From the NCBI GenBank assembly GCA_963667465.2, contig CAXXDN010000001.1, positions 128,001-192,000 on the forward strand: 64,000 bases of DNA, given 5' to 3'. The DNA is from Dehalococcoidia bacterium (GTDB taxonomy: Bacteria; Chloroflexota; Dehalococcoidia; UBA2979). Shown here in pieces: positions 47,173-56,578 of this stretch. The notes under the pieces were generated by a model. It made no database searches. It had not been told where the DNA came from and saw only the letters and a list, made by a program, of their open reading frames with translations. The position numbers and the translations under genes were made by a program. Within the stretch, counting starts at the first letter, position 1, and each line of letters begins with the position of its first letter.

Positions 47173-48615
47173 GTGGACCTTCAGGAACTGCAGCAACTGG
47201 CGGCCGACAACGGGGTGACCCGAATCGACCTGCGCGTGACCGATCTGCCGGGGCGCTGGCAGCACTTCACGCTCCCGCCGGACGCCCTCGACGAGGACCT
47301 CTTCCAGAACGGCAACGGCTTCGACGGATCCAGCCTGCGCGGCTTCCAGGAGATCCACGAGTCCGACATGCTGCTGGTGCCGGACATCAACACCGCCGTG
47401 ATCGACCCGATTCCGGATCACCCCACGATCTCCCTGATCTGCAACGTGATCGACGCCGTCACGCACGACTCGTACTCGCGTGACCCGCGCAACGTCGCCC
47501 TCAAGGCCGAGGCCTACCTCGCCTCCACGGGCATCGCGGACGAGGCCTTCTTCGGCCCCGAGCCCGAGTTCTTTCTCTTCGACGACGTCCGTTACAACCA
47601 GGGCCAGCAGTCCGCCTTCTACTACGTCGACTCGGAGGAGGCGCACTGGAACTCCGGCAAGGACTACACCGAGGCCTTCCCCGGCGGCTTCAACACCGGC
47701 TACAAGATCCCCGGCAAGGAGGGCTACGCGCCGCTCCCGCCGTTCGACCAGACCGCCGGGGTCCGCTCCGATATCGTCGCCGCCATGAACGCCGTCGGCG
47801 TCGACACGTTCATCGACCACCACGAGGTCGCGACCGCCGGCCAGGCTGAGATCGGCCTCGGCAAGGCCACGCTGGTGGACCAGGCGGACCGCACCCAGTG
47901 GTACCGCTACATGGTGCGGAACGTGGCGCACCAGCACGGCAAGGTTGCCACCTTCATGCCGAAGCCGATCTTCGAGGACAACGGCTCCGGCATGCACACC
48001 CACCAGTCCCTGCGCAAGGGCGAGGAGCCGCTCTTCTACGACGCCAACGGCTACGCCGGCCTCTCCCAGCTCGCACGCTGGTACATCGGCGGCCTGCTCC
48101 GGCACGCCCCGACGGTGCTGGCCTTCGCCGCCCCGTCGACCAACTCCTACAAGCGGCTGGTGCCCGGCTACGAGGCGCCCGTGAACCTCGCGTACTCGAT
48201 GCGCAACCGCTCGGCTGCGGTCCGCATCCCGACCTACCGCATCGGGATGCCGAACGAGGCCTCCGACAAGCGCGTCGAGTTCCGCCCGCCGGACGCCACG
48301 GCGAACTGCTACCTCGCCTTCTCGGCGATGCTGATGGCCGGTCTGGACGGCATCCAGAACCAGATCGACCCCGGCGACCCGCTGGACCGCAACATCTACG
48401 AGCTCCCGCCGGAGGAGGCCGCCGCGGTGCCGACCGTGCCCGGCTCGCTCGGCGAGGCCCTCGACGCGCTCGAGGCGGACCACGACTTCCTGATGCAGGG
48501 CGGCGTGTTCACGCAGGACGTGCTCGACATGTGGCTCGACATGAAGCGCGACGAGGTCCTGAACGTCTCGCTGCGGCCCACGCCGTACGAGTTCGAGCTC
48601 TACTTCAGCAACTAG
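47173..48615 (+). CDS. glnA: Glutamine synthetase type I (GSI-beta-like)
   Basis: FDGSS, GPEPEFF, HHEVAT, NGSGMH, RNRSA and NIYEL (adenylylation Tyr) motifs. Confidence 0.96.
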   Translation: MDLQELQQLAADNGVTRIDLRVTDLPGRWQHFTLPPDALDEDLFQNGNGFDGSSLRGFQEIHESDMLLVPDINTAVIDPIPDHPTISLICNVIDAVTHDSYSRDPRNVALKAEAYLASTGIADEAFFGPEPEFFLFDDVRYNQGQQSAFYYVDSEEAHWNSGKDYTEAFPGGFNTGYKIPGKEGYAPLPPFDQTAGVRSDIVAAMNAVGVDTFIDHHEVATAGQAEIGLGKATLVDQADRTQWYRYMVRNVAHQHGKVATFMPKPIFEDNGSGMHTHQSLRKGEEPLFYDANGYAGLSQLARWYIGGLLRHAPTVLAFAAPSTNSYKRLVPGYEAPVNLAYSMRNRSAAVRIPTYRIGMPNEASDKRVEFRPPDATANCYLAFSAMLMAGLDGIQNQIDPGDPLDRNIYELPPEEAAAVPTVPGSLGEALDALEADHDFLMQGGVFTQDVLDMWLDMKRDEVLNVSLRPTPYEFELYFSN

Positions 48616-48744
48616 CCTCCGCAGCATCAAAGCCGGGCGGCAGGGAGGGCGATTCGCGGACCGCTCCCCCGGCCGTCCGGCCTGCAGAACGGAGTCGTAC
48701 TCCACGCCGATCGCACCGCAGGACACGAGCCCGCGGAGAGCAGC

Positions 48745-50112
48745 ATGACTTCAGACGCGATTTCCGGTAACGGCGCACGCCGGGACAGCAACGACCAGCG
48801 GCAGCACGTCATCCAGGCGTGCTACGACCACGACGTCAAGTTCATCCGGCTCTGGTTCACCGACATCCTCGGGATCCTCAAGTCCGTCGCGATCACCATC
48901 GAGGAGCTCGAGCACGCCCTCGATGACGGCGTCACCTTCGACGGCGCATCGATCGAAGGCTTCGCGCGCGTCGACGAGGCGGACGTCGTCGCCGTGCCGG
49001 ACCCCGCGACGTTCCAGCTGCTGCCCTGGCGGCCGCGCGAGCAGGCCGTGGCGCGCATGTTCTGCGACCTCCGCTCGCCCCTCGGCGAACCGTTCGAGGG
49101 CGACTCGCGGCAGGTGCTGAAGGACGCGATCGAGCGGGCGGCGAAGCAGGGCTTCACCTTCTACGTCTCGCCCGAGATCGAGTTCTTCTACTTCCGCGGG
49201 CCGGATGGCACGGAGCCGCTGGACGCGGGCGGCTACTTCGACCTCACGCCGCTCGACTCCGGGTCGGACCTGCGACGCGAGACGGTGCTGACCCTCGAGG
49301 AGATGGGCATCGGCGTCGCGCTCAGCCACCACGAGGCCGCGCCCAGTCAGCACGAGATCGACCTGCGCTACACCGACGCGCTGACGATGGCCGACTCGAT
49401 CATGACCTACCGCCTCGTCGTGAAGGAGGTGGCGCTGCGCCACGGCGCCTACGCGACCTTCATGCCGAAGCCGAACTCCGATCAGAACGGCTCCGGGATG
49501 CACCTCCAGCTCTCGCTCTTCCGAGGCGAGCAGAACGCCTTCGCGGACGAGTCTGCGCCGCACGAGCTGTCAGCGACGGCGCGCTCGTTCATGGCCGGGC
49601 TGCTGCAGCACACGCCGCAGCTGATGCTGCTCACCAACCAGTGGGCGAACTCCTACCGGCGCATCGTGCCGGGCTTCGAGGCGCCGACGCACGCGACCTG
49701 GTCCAGCACGAACCACGCCGACCTGCTGCGCGTGCCGCAGCACAAGCCGGGAGAGGCCGCAGCAGCGCGCATCGAGTACCGCGTGCCGGACGCCGCCTGC
49801 AATCCCTATCTCGCCTTCGCCGCAATCCTCGAGGCGGGCCTCGGTGGCGTCGCCGGCGGACTGCCGCTACCAGCCGAGCTGGACCGCCCCATCGGCGAGT
49901 TGCCCGAGGATGAGATCGCGCGGCGGGGCATCGAGGCGCTGCCGGCCTCGCTCGGCGACGCGATCGCGGCGTTCGCCGGCTCGGAGCTGATGGCGGGCGT
50001 GCTTGGCGGCCACATCCGCGAATCGCTGGTGGCGAACAAGCGCCACGAGTGGTCCGAGTTCCGCGCCCAGGTCTCGGAGTTCGAGCTGCGCCGCTACCTG
50101 TCCGTACTGTAA
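48745..50112 (+). CDS. Glutamine synthetase family protein (GlnA2-like)
   Basis: IRLWFTDILG, FDGASIEGF, HHE.APSQHEI, NGSGMH and EYRVPDAACNPY motifs. Confidence 0.9.
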   Translation: MTSDAISGNGARRDSNDQRQHVIQACYDHDVKFIRLWFTDILGILKSVAITIEELEHALDDGVTFDGASIEGFARVDEADVVAVPDPATFQLLPWRPREQAVARMFCDLRSPLGEPFEGDSRQVLKDAIERAAKQGFTFYVSPEIEFFYFRGPDGTEPLDAGGYFDLTPLDSGSDLRRETVLTLEEMGIGVALSHHEAAPSQHEIDLRYTDALTMADSIMTYRLVVKEVALRHGAYATFMPKPNSDQNGSGMHLQLSLFRGEQNAFADESAPHELSATARSFMAGLLQHTPQLMLLTNQWANSYRRIVPGFEAPTHATWSSTNHADLLRVPQHKPGEAAAARIEYRVPDAACNPYLAFAAILEAGLGGVAGGLPLPAELDRPIGELPEDEIARRGIEALPASLGDAIAAFAGSELMAGVLGGHIRESLVANKRHEWSEFRAQVSEFELRRYLSVL

Positions 50113-50178
50113 GCGGAAACCCAGAGTGGAATCGTGCGATCTCGCTGCGGATGCCTTGGTGACAATGTCATGCAAAGG

Positions 50179-50207
50179 TTGAGAGCATCCGGTTAGCGGT
50201 TTAGCAT
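50179..50207 (+). promoter_or_regulatory. Sigma70-type promoter convergent on DUF3800 copy 2
   Basis: TTGAGA (50179-50184)-17 nt-TAGCAT (50202-50207), with no plausible + strand CDS downstream. Confidence 0.65.
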
Positions 50208-50211
50208 ATGG

Positions 50212-50277
50212 GTAGTGGCTAGCGGGTTTCCGCTATCGGCGCCGTTTCCCCTTGGGACTCGGCGCTTTCAGTTTTCT
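50212..50277 (+). ncRNA. Putative DUF3800-associated small RNA (locus 2), antisense to the gene's 3' end
   Basis: GTAGTGGC-TAGCGG(GTTT)CCGCTA-TCG, then a GCGCCG..CGGCGC hairpin followed by TTTCAGTTTTC. Confidence 0.6.
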
Positions 50278-51341
50278 TGGCCCGAACCTGTGCGCGATGT
50301 GCTTCGATCAGGTCACGGATGTCGCTGTCCGGGAAAACCTTGATCCCAAACTTCCCCATCATCGAGTCACCGCGCGAGTAGATCTTAGACTGCCACACGC
50401 GCCACCGGCGCGGAATCACCGCGCCACAGCCACCCCTCGCCCACTCGAACACATCGCGCGAGAACATGTCGGCAAGCTCCATAGGATCGCTGCCTTGCTT
50501 TCGCGTAAACTCGCAGCCTGTCATGAGCCAATTCCGGAACGCAGCGTCTTGCACCCACTGCGTCCCATCGAGCAGCAGATCCAGATAGTCGCGATGGTGC
50601 TCCGCGTCTTCTCGGGGACCGACACTCTCGAAGGTCACACGGCCCAGCGCGTCATCGCCGCGTGTCGCTAGATAGTCAACGTACCGTTCCAGGAGCATGT
50701 GAATCGCGACGGAATATGGATCAGGCCGGCAGATACGGATCATCGTCGAGCGCGACAAACTCCGCAAACTCGTCCTTGCGGATCGCGACCGCGAACAACG
50801 CTAACTCGGTTCCTGCCACGAGCTCATCGAGAGCACTACAGAATGCTTGTTGGCGATCCGCGTCTCCCCCGAGGGAGAACCAATCGCGGTGGGTTCTGAT
50901 GTCCGGCTCGTGGAACGTAATGTCGTCTCGCCCGAAGAATCTAAGCTTCAAGGCGTCGGCCCTCGACTTGTACGAAGCCACCTCACTCTCGGCCATCGCG
51001 ACCCCGCCGAGCGCAAAGAACAAACCCGGGGATCGAGGATCGGGCCGCCCCGACTCGTCCAGAAACAGGTTGTCGGGGATTCGCTCCTCGTGCAGCGGCT
51101 GACCGCTCTGATACTTGAAGCGCTTACGAGACTCAAGCGGCCCCAAGCTGCGCATCAGCTCCTCGGCCTCCTTGCGGCCAATCGCTCGGAGCAGACCATC
51201 GAGATCAGACGCGTCGTAGTCCGCCCGCCGGAGAAGTGCGGCGAGCGCCCGCCCCACCCGTCCAGCTTCCGCCAGTAGCAAGTTTCGGCGCCGCGCGGTG
51301 CGACGGCCTTCGGGATCGCCTTGTCCACGTTGCACAGTCAC
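50219..51341 (-). pseudogene. DUF3800 family protein (copy 2) split by a +1 frameshift near 50725
   Basis: ORF 50721-51341 has LFLDESG and ORF 50219-50767 has FES..MELAD. The junction CTG CCG GCC TGA T reads through (DDPYLP.DPYSVA) if one base is removed. TATACT -10 lies 8 nt before the GTG. Confidence 0.75.
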
Positions 51342-51383
51342 AAGGGAACAGTATAACGGCCTAAGCGGAAGGTCGGTTTGCCA

Positions 51384-52829
51384 CTACCCGAACAGCACCG
51401 CCGAGGCGTCGTCCGCCGCCTCGAGGACCGGGGCGGCCCAGAGGCCGATGACGAAGATGCCGATGAACAGCACGCCGGTCACACCGTAGGCGAGGAGTGA
51501 GGGCCGCCAGCGACCCTCCGCGCCCTCTGCCGGCGCAACGACGTACATCTGCCGGATCACCTTCAGGTAGTAGTAGAGCGAGACGGTGCTCATGATCACC
51601 GCGACGCCCGAGAGCCAGAGGAAGCCCTCCTCGGCAGCCGCCTGGAAGATAAAGAACTTCGTCACGAAGCCCGCCAGCAGCGGCATCCCGCTTAGCGAGA
51701 ACAGCCCCGTGGTGATCACCAGCGCGAGGTACGGCTGCGTCTCCGCCAGGCCGCGGAAGTCCTCGATGCGCTCGCTGCCGATTCGGTTGTAGACCGCGAT
51801 CACCGCGATGAAGACCGCGAGGTTGGTGACCAGGTAGCCCGCCAGGTGCAGCAGCAGCGCCGAGCCCGAGGCGTCCGAGACGGTCGTGACCGCCATCAGC
51901 ATGAAGCCGACCTGGCCGATCGAGGAGTAGGCGAGCAGGCGCTTGATGTTGGTCTGCACCAGCGCGATCAGGTTCCCCGTCACCATCGTCGCCACGGACA
52001 ACGTGGCGAGCATCCACTGCCAGTCGTCCTGCACCGGCAGCAGTCCGGTGCCGAACAGCCGCAGCAGCAGCGCGAACGTCGCCGCCTTCGAGGTGGCCGC
52101 GATGTAGGCTGTCACAGGCAGCGGCGCGCCCTCGTAGGCGTCGGGTGTCCACATGTGGAACGGGACCGCCGAGGCCTTGAAGCCGAGCCCGCCGACCAGG
52201 AAGGCGAGGCCCATCAGCAGCACCGGCGAGCCCTGCACCGAAGAGTCGCCGAGCGCCGCCGCGATGCCCTCGTAGCTGGTGGTGCCGGCGGCGCCGTAGA
52301 TCAAGCTGAGGCCGTAGAGCAGCATCGCCGAGGCGACGCCGCCGAGCAGCACGTACTTCAGCCCTGCCTCGCCGGAGCGGCGGTCGTCCTTGGCCAGCGA
52401 GACGGCGACGTAGAGCGAGAAGGAGAGCAGTTCAATCGAGATGTAGGCGGTGAGCAACTCGCGCGCGCCCGCCATGTAGATCGCGCCGATCGTGGACACC
52501 AGCAGCAGCGCGTAGAACTCGCCCTGGTGGCGGATGTTGCGCTGGATGAACTCGTGCGAGCCGAGGATCACGACCAGCACCGTCACCGTGAACAGCACGC
52601 GGAAGAACAGCGTGTAGTCGTCCACGCCGATCAGCCCCGCGAAGTCCGTGCTGCGGTCCGCGTAGAAGAGGCTCGCGATCCCCGCCGCGAGCGCGCCGAG
52701 GGCGGCCAGCGCCGGAATCAGGCGCCTCGAGACTCCCAGCTCGCGCCGGAAGGCGTCGACCAGCAGCACCACGCCCGCGGCGCCGGCGAGGATGAACTCC
52801 GGAATCAGCAGCGCGTACTCGAAGTTCAC
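51384..52829 (-). CDS. nuoN: NADH-quinone oxidoreductase subunit N
   Basis: EAGLKY, FKASAVPFHMWTPDAYEGAP and KRLLAYSSI motifs. Confidence 0.95.
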   Translation of the reverse strand: MNFEYALLIPEFILAGAAGVVLLVDAFRRELGVSRRLIPALAALGALAAGIASLFYADRSTDFAGLIGVDDYTLFFRVLFTVTVLVVILGSHEFIQRNIRHQGEFYALLLVSTIGAIYMAGARELLTAYISIELLSFSLYVAVSLAKDDRRSGEAGLKYVLLGGVASAMLLYGLSLIYGAAGTTSYEGIAAALGDSSVQGSPVLLMGLAFLVGGLGFKASAVPFHMWTPDAYEGAPLPVTAYIAATSKAATFALLLRLFGTGLLPVQDDWQWMLATLSVATMVTGNLIALVQTNIKRLLAYSSIGQVGFMLMAVTTVSDASGSALLLHLAGYLVTNLAVFIAVIAVYNRIGSERIEDFRGLAETQPYLALVITTGLFSLSGMPLLAGFVTKFFIFQAAAEEGFLWLSGVAVIMSTVSLYYYLKVIRQMYVVAPAEGAEGRWRPSLLAYGVTGVLFIGIFVIGLWAAPVLEAADDASAVLFG

Positions 52830-54316
52830 AGCAGCACCTCAGGGATACCGGCCTCGAGGCCGGCGGCGACACGATCGATCCATGGCGACGGCCAGAGCCC
52901 GAGCGCGAAGATCGAGATCGCGAGCACCGTCGCGCCGGCGCGCTCGGTCCAGCTGATCTCGCCGACGCCACTCCAGCGCGGACTCGGCTCGCCGAAGAAG
53001 GTCTGGGCGAACATGCGCAGCAGGTACGTTGCCGTAATCGCAGCCGTGAGCACCGCCAGCGCGCCGACCAGCGGGTAGGCGCGGAAGGCGCCGATGAAGA
53101 TGTGCAACTCGGCGATGAACCCGGACAGCCCGGGCAGGCCGAAGGAGGCGAGGCCCGCGATCACGAAGAAGACCGCCCAGATCGGCATCCGCCGCGCCAT
53201 GCCCGAGTAGTGGTTGAACTCGCGGTCGTGCGACTGGTCATAGAGCGCGCCGATCAGGAGGAAGAACAGCGCGGTCATCACGCCGTGCGCGAACATCTGC
53301 AGCACCGCGCCGCTCATCCCGATCAGGTTGAGCGTGCCCAGCCCGACGAAGACGTAGCCCATGTGCGAGACCGAGGAGAAGCCGGTCATCAGCTTGAAGT
53401 CGGTCTGGCGCAGCGCGCCGATCGCCCCGTAGAGCGCACCGATGATGCCGAGCGTCAGCAGGGCCGGGGCCCAGAACTCGGCGCCCTCGGGCAGCATCTG
53501 GAAGCCGAGGCGGATGATCCCGAACGCGCCGAGCTTCATCAGCACGCCCGCGTGCAGCATCGAGACGGCCGTCGGCGCGGCGGCGTGGCCGTCCGGCGAC
53601 CAGGGGTGGAAGGGGAAGATGCCGGCCAGCGTGCCGCAACCGATCGCGACCAGCGGGAACATCACCAGCTGGAAGTTGCGTCCGTACTCCGCGTCGAACA
53701 GCGCGGGCATGTCGAAGGTCCCGAGGCCGGCCTCCGTGAAGATCCCGAAGATCGCGATGAAGATCAGGATCGAGGCCGCGACGAGCATCATCATCAGCTT
53801 CATCGCGCCGTACTCGCGCCGCCCGGAGCCCCAGACCGCGATCAGCAGGTACATCGGCAGCACCGCGGTCTCGTAGAGCAGGAACCAGAAGAACAGGTCG
53901 AGCGCGACGAACGTGCCGTAGACACCGGCCACGAGGACGAACAGCAGGACGAAGAAGTCCTTCAGCCTCTCCTGGATCTTCCACGACACCCAGGTGCCGC
54001 TGAGGATCACGATCCCCGTCAGCAGGACCATCGGCGCCGCGATGCCGTCGAGCCCGACCTTGAGCTGGATCCCGTTCTTGCCGAGGAAGCCGGCGTTCTG
54101 GAGCCAGGGCCAGTCGACCACGCCCTGGAACTGGTCGCCGCGGTAGTCGAAGGCGAAGAAGACGTACACGGAGATGATGAACATCGCGAGGCTCGCGAGG
54201 CCGGTGATGGCCTTGATCGCGTTGCGCTCACCGGACGGCGTCAGCATCAGCAGGATTGCGCTGCCCAGCGGGATCAGCGGCAATGCCAGCAGCAGGTAGC
54301 CCTCGCTCGTGGTCAT
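52826..54316 (-). CDS. nuoM: NADH-quinone oxidoreductase subunit M
   Basis: PFHPWSPDGHAAAPT, MKLGAFG, SSVSHMG and GLPGLSGFIAE motifs. Confidence 0.95.
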   Translation of the reverse strand: MTTSEGYLLLALPLIPLGSAILLMLTPSGERNAIKAITGLASLAMFIISVYVFFAFDYRGDQFQGVVDWPWLQNAGFLGKNGIQLKVGLDGIAAPMVLLTGIVILSGTWVSWKIQERLKDFFVLLFVLVAGVYGTFVALDLFFWFLLYETAVLPMYLLIAVWGSGRREYGAMKLMMMLVAASILIFIAIFGIFTEAGLGTFDMPALFDAEYGRNFQLVMFPLVAIGCGTLAGIFPFHPWSPDGHAAAPTAVSMLHAGVLMKLGAFGIIRLGFQMLPEGAEFWAPALLTLGIIGALYGAIGALRQTDFKLMTGFSSVSHMGYVFVGLGTLNLIGMSGAVLQMFAHGVMTALFFLLIGALYDQSHDREFNHYSGMARRMPIWAVFFVIAGLASFGLPGLSGFIAELHIFIGAFRAYPLVGALAVLTAAITATYLLRMFAQTFFGEPSPRWSGVGEISWTERAGATVLAISIFALGLWPSPWIDRVAAGLEAGIPEVLL

Positions 54317-54328
54317 ACCCGGCCCGCC

Positions 54329-56239
54329 CTACGTCCGCCCGAGCGCGACGATGGCCAGCACGGCCACGCCGAGCGCCATCGCCAGCGCGTAGCTCGGAAT
54401 GCGCCCGGTCTGCAGGAACTTCAGCCGGAACCCGGTGAAGCCGATGCCCTGCGCCGTGCCGTCCACGCCCGAATCGTTGATTACCAGCCGGTCGAAGCGC
54501 GCGACCACCGTCGCGAGGCCGAGGATCACCTTGTCGATCGTCACCTGGTAGAGGTGGTCCACGTAGTAGCGCTGCACCAACAGGTCGTGCAGCTCGGGCG
54601 CCCAGGAGCGGGCGCGCTCCGCCCGCTCGGCGCGGCCCCACCAGTAGACGAAGCCGATCACGATGCCGACGAGGCCCAGCGCCGTCGCGCCGATCGCGAC
54701 GTCCGGGTGGAGCTCGAAGACATGGCCCTTGTCCCCCTGCGTGAAGACGACGTTGCCGATCCCGCCGGCGAAGCCCAGCACCTTGCCGACGCCCTCGAAG
54801 GCGACGAACCCGGCGACGAGCGACAGCCCCGTGAGGATCAGCATCGGCAGCAGCATCGGCGGCGGGGACTCGTGCGCGTGATCGTAGGCGTGGCGGTCCT
54901 TCGGCTCACCAAAGAACGTGAGCAGCACCAGCCGCGTCGTGTAGATCGCGGTCAGCAAGGAGGTGGCCGCGAGGATCACGAACAGCGGCATCGGCGCGCC
55001 GCCCTGCAGCGCGACGAGGATCTCGTCCTTCGACCAGAACCCGGCCAGCGGCACGATGCCCGCGAGGGCAACGGACCCGACGATGAAGAACAGCGTCGTC
55101 GCCGGCAGCTTGCGCCACAGGCCGCCGAGCTCCTCGACCAGCTGTACACCGGTGCCGTGGATCACGGACCCGGAGCCGAGGAAGAGCAGCGACTTGAAGA
55201 AGGCGTGCGTGAAGAGGTGGAACATCGCCGCCGTCACCGACCCGACGCCGAGCGCGACGAACATGAAGCCGAGCTGTGAGATGGTCGAGTAGGCGAGCAC
55301 GCGCTTGATGTCGCTGCTCACGAGGCCCATCGTCGCGCCCATCGCCGCCGTCGTGAGGCCGACGTAGAGCACGACGTCCCGCGCAATCAGCACCTCGTCG
55401 AAGACCGGCATCATCCTCGCCACGAGGTAGACGCCGGCGACCACCATCGTCGCCGCGTGGATCAGCGCGCTGACGGGGGTGGGGCCCTCCATCGCGTCGG
55501 GGAGCCAGACGTGCAGCGGGAACTGCGCGGACTTGCCGGCGGCGCCGGCGAAGAGGAAGAGCATCGAGACCGTGAGGTAGAAGTTGTCGAAGCCACCGCC
55601 GCGGGCGACCTCGATGATCTCCTGGATGTCGAAGCTGCCGGCGCCCCGCCAGAGCAGGATGATGCCGATCAGCAGCCCCACGTCGCCGATGCGCGTGGTG
55701 ATGAAGGCCTTCTTCGCCGCCTCGGCCGCCGACTGGCGCTCCCAGTAGAAGCCGATCAACAGGTACGAGGCGAGGCCGACTGCCTCCCAGGAGAGGTAGA
55801 GCAGCAGCAGGTTGCCCGAGGTGACCAGCATCAGCATCGCGGCCGCGAAGCCGGAGAGGACCGCGAAGTACCAGCCGTAGCGTGGCTCGCCGTCCATGTA
55901 GCCGACGGAGTAGAGCATCACCATCAGCGTCACGATCGAGACGACGGCGAGCATCAGCACCGTGATGCCGTCGACGTAGGTGCTGAACTCAATCAGCAGC
56001 GAGTCGCCGATCTTCGCCCACTCGAAGGCGTAGACGTGCTCCGCGCCGGGCGCGAACTTGCCGTCCACGAAGCTCGACTGGAAGTCCAGCGTGACGAACA
56101 ACGCCAGGACGACGACCGCCAGCATCCCGAGGATGGCGAGCCCGTCGCCGCCACGCGGCATGGCGCGGTTGAAGAGCGCCAGCAGCGCAAAGAGCGCGGC
56201 GGGAATCGCCGGCAGCAGCCAGACCTGCTCCATGCCCAC
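54329..56239 (-). CDS. nuoL: NADH-quinone oxidoreductase subunit L
   Basis: GKSAQFPLHVWLPDAMEGPTPVSALIHAATMV and THAFFK motifs. Confidence 0.96.
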   Translation of the reverse strand: MGMEQVWLLPAIPAALFALLALFNRAMPRGGDGLAILGMLAVVVLALFVTLDFQSSFVDGKFAPGAEHVYAFEWAKIGDSLLIEFSTYVDGITVLMLAVVSIVTLMVMLYSVGYMDGEPRYGWYFAVLSGFAAAMLMLVTSGNLLLLYLSWEAVGLASYLLIGFYWERQSAAEAAKKAFITTRIGDVGLLIGIILLWRGAGSFDIQEIIEVARGGGFDNFYLTVSMLFLFAGAAGKSAQFPLHVWLPDAMEGPTPVSALIHAATMVVAGVYLVARMMPVFDEVLIARDVVLYVGLTTAAMGATMGLVSSDIKRVLAYSTISQLGFMFVALGVGSVTAAMFHLFTHAFFKSLLFLGSGSVIHGTGVQLVEELGGLWRKLPATTLFFIVGSVALAGIVPLAGFWSKDEILVALQGGAPMPLFVILAATSLLTAIYTTRLVLLTFFGEPKDRHAYDHAHESPPPMLLPMLILTGLSLVAGFVAFEGVGKVLGFAGGIGNVVFTQGDKGHVFELHPDVAIGATALGLVGIVIGFVYWWGRAERAERARSWAPELHDLLVQRYYVDHLYQVTIDKVILGLATVVARFDRLVINDSGVDGTAQGIGFTGFRLKFLQTGRIPSYALAMALGVAVLAIVALGRT

Positions 56240-56263
56240 GGCGCTACGCCTCCACTCTCGCGG

Positions 56264-56578
56264 CTACCACTTCAGCTCGCTCGCATCGTCGACGTAGGCG
56301 GTGCGGCGCTCGCGGAAGATGCGCAGCACGATGCCGAGCGCCAGGCCGACCTCGGCGGCGGCCACAGTGATGATGAAGATCGCGAAGATCACGCCGGTGA
56401 AAGCCTCGTGGTCGAAGTAGGCGGCGAACGCCACCATGTTGATCGTCGTCGCGGCCAGCATCAGCTCGACGGAGACGAGGATCAGGATCGCGCTGCGGCG
56501 GGCGAGCACGCCGTAGAAGCCGATGCCGAACAGCACGGCGGAGAGCACGAGGAAGTTCTCGATCGGGATGTCGCTCAC
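56264..56578 (-). CDS. nuoK: NADH-quinone oxidoreductase subunit K
   Basis: SVELML and VAAAEVGLAL motifs. Confidence 0.95.
   Translation of the reverse strand: MSDIPIENFLVLSAVLFGIGFYGVLARRSAILILVSVELMLAATTINMVAFAAYFDHEAFTGVIFAIFIITVAAAEVGLALGIVLRIFRERRTAYVDDASELKW

Noticed and set aside
50112-50234. One large ~120-nt hairpin RNA (AGCGGAAACCC..CGGATGC/GCATCCG..GGGTTTCCGCT)
   Set aside because: It could form on glnA2 or DUF3800 read-through transcripts, but it spans a well-spaced promoter. The shorter promoter-driven RNA is the simpler reading; the long fold is not fully excluded.
50210-51389. Classical IS with terminal inverted repeats GGGTAGTGGC
   Set aside because: No target duplication lies immediately outside these ends, and the lower-GC tract extends to ~50113. 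It is kept only as one alternative in the junction-match finding.
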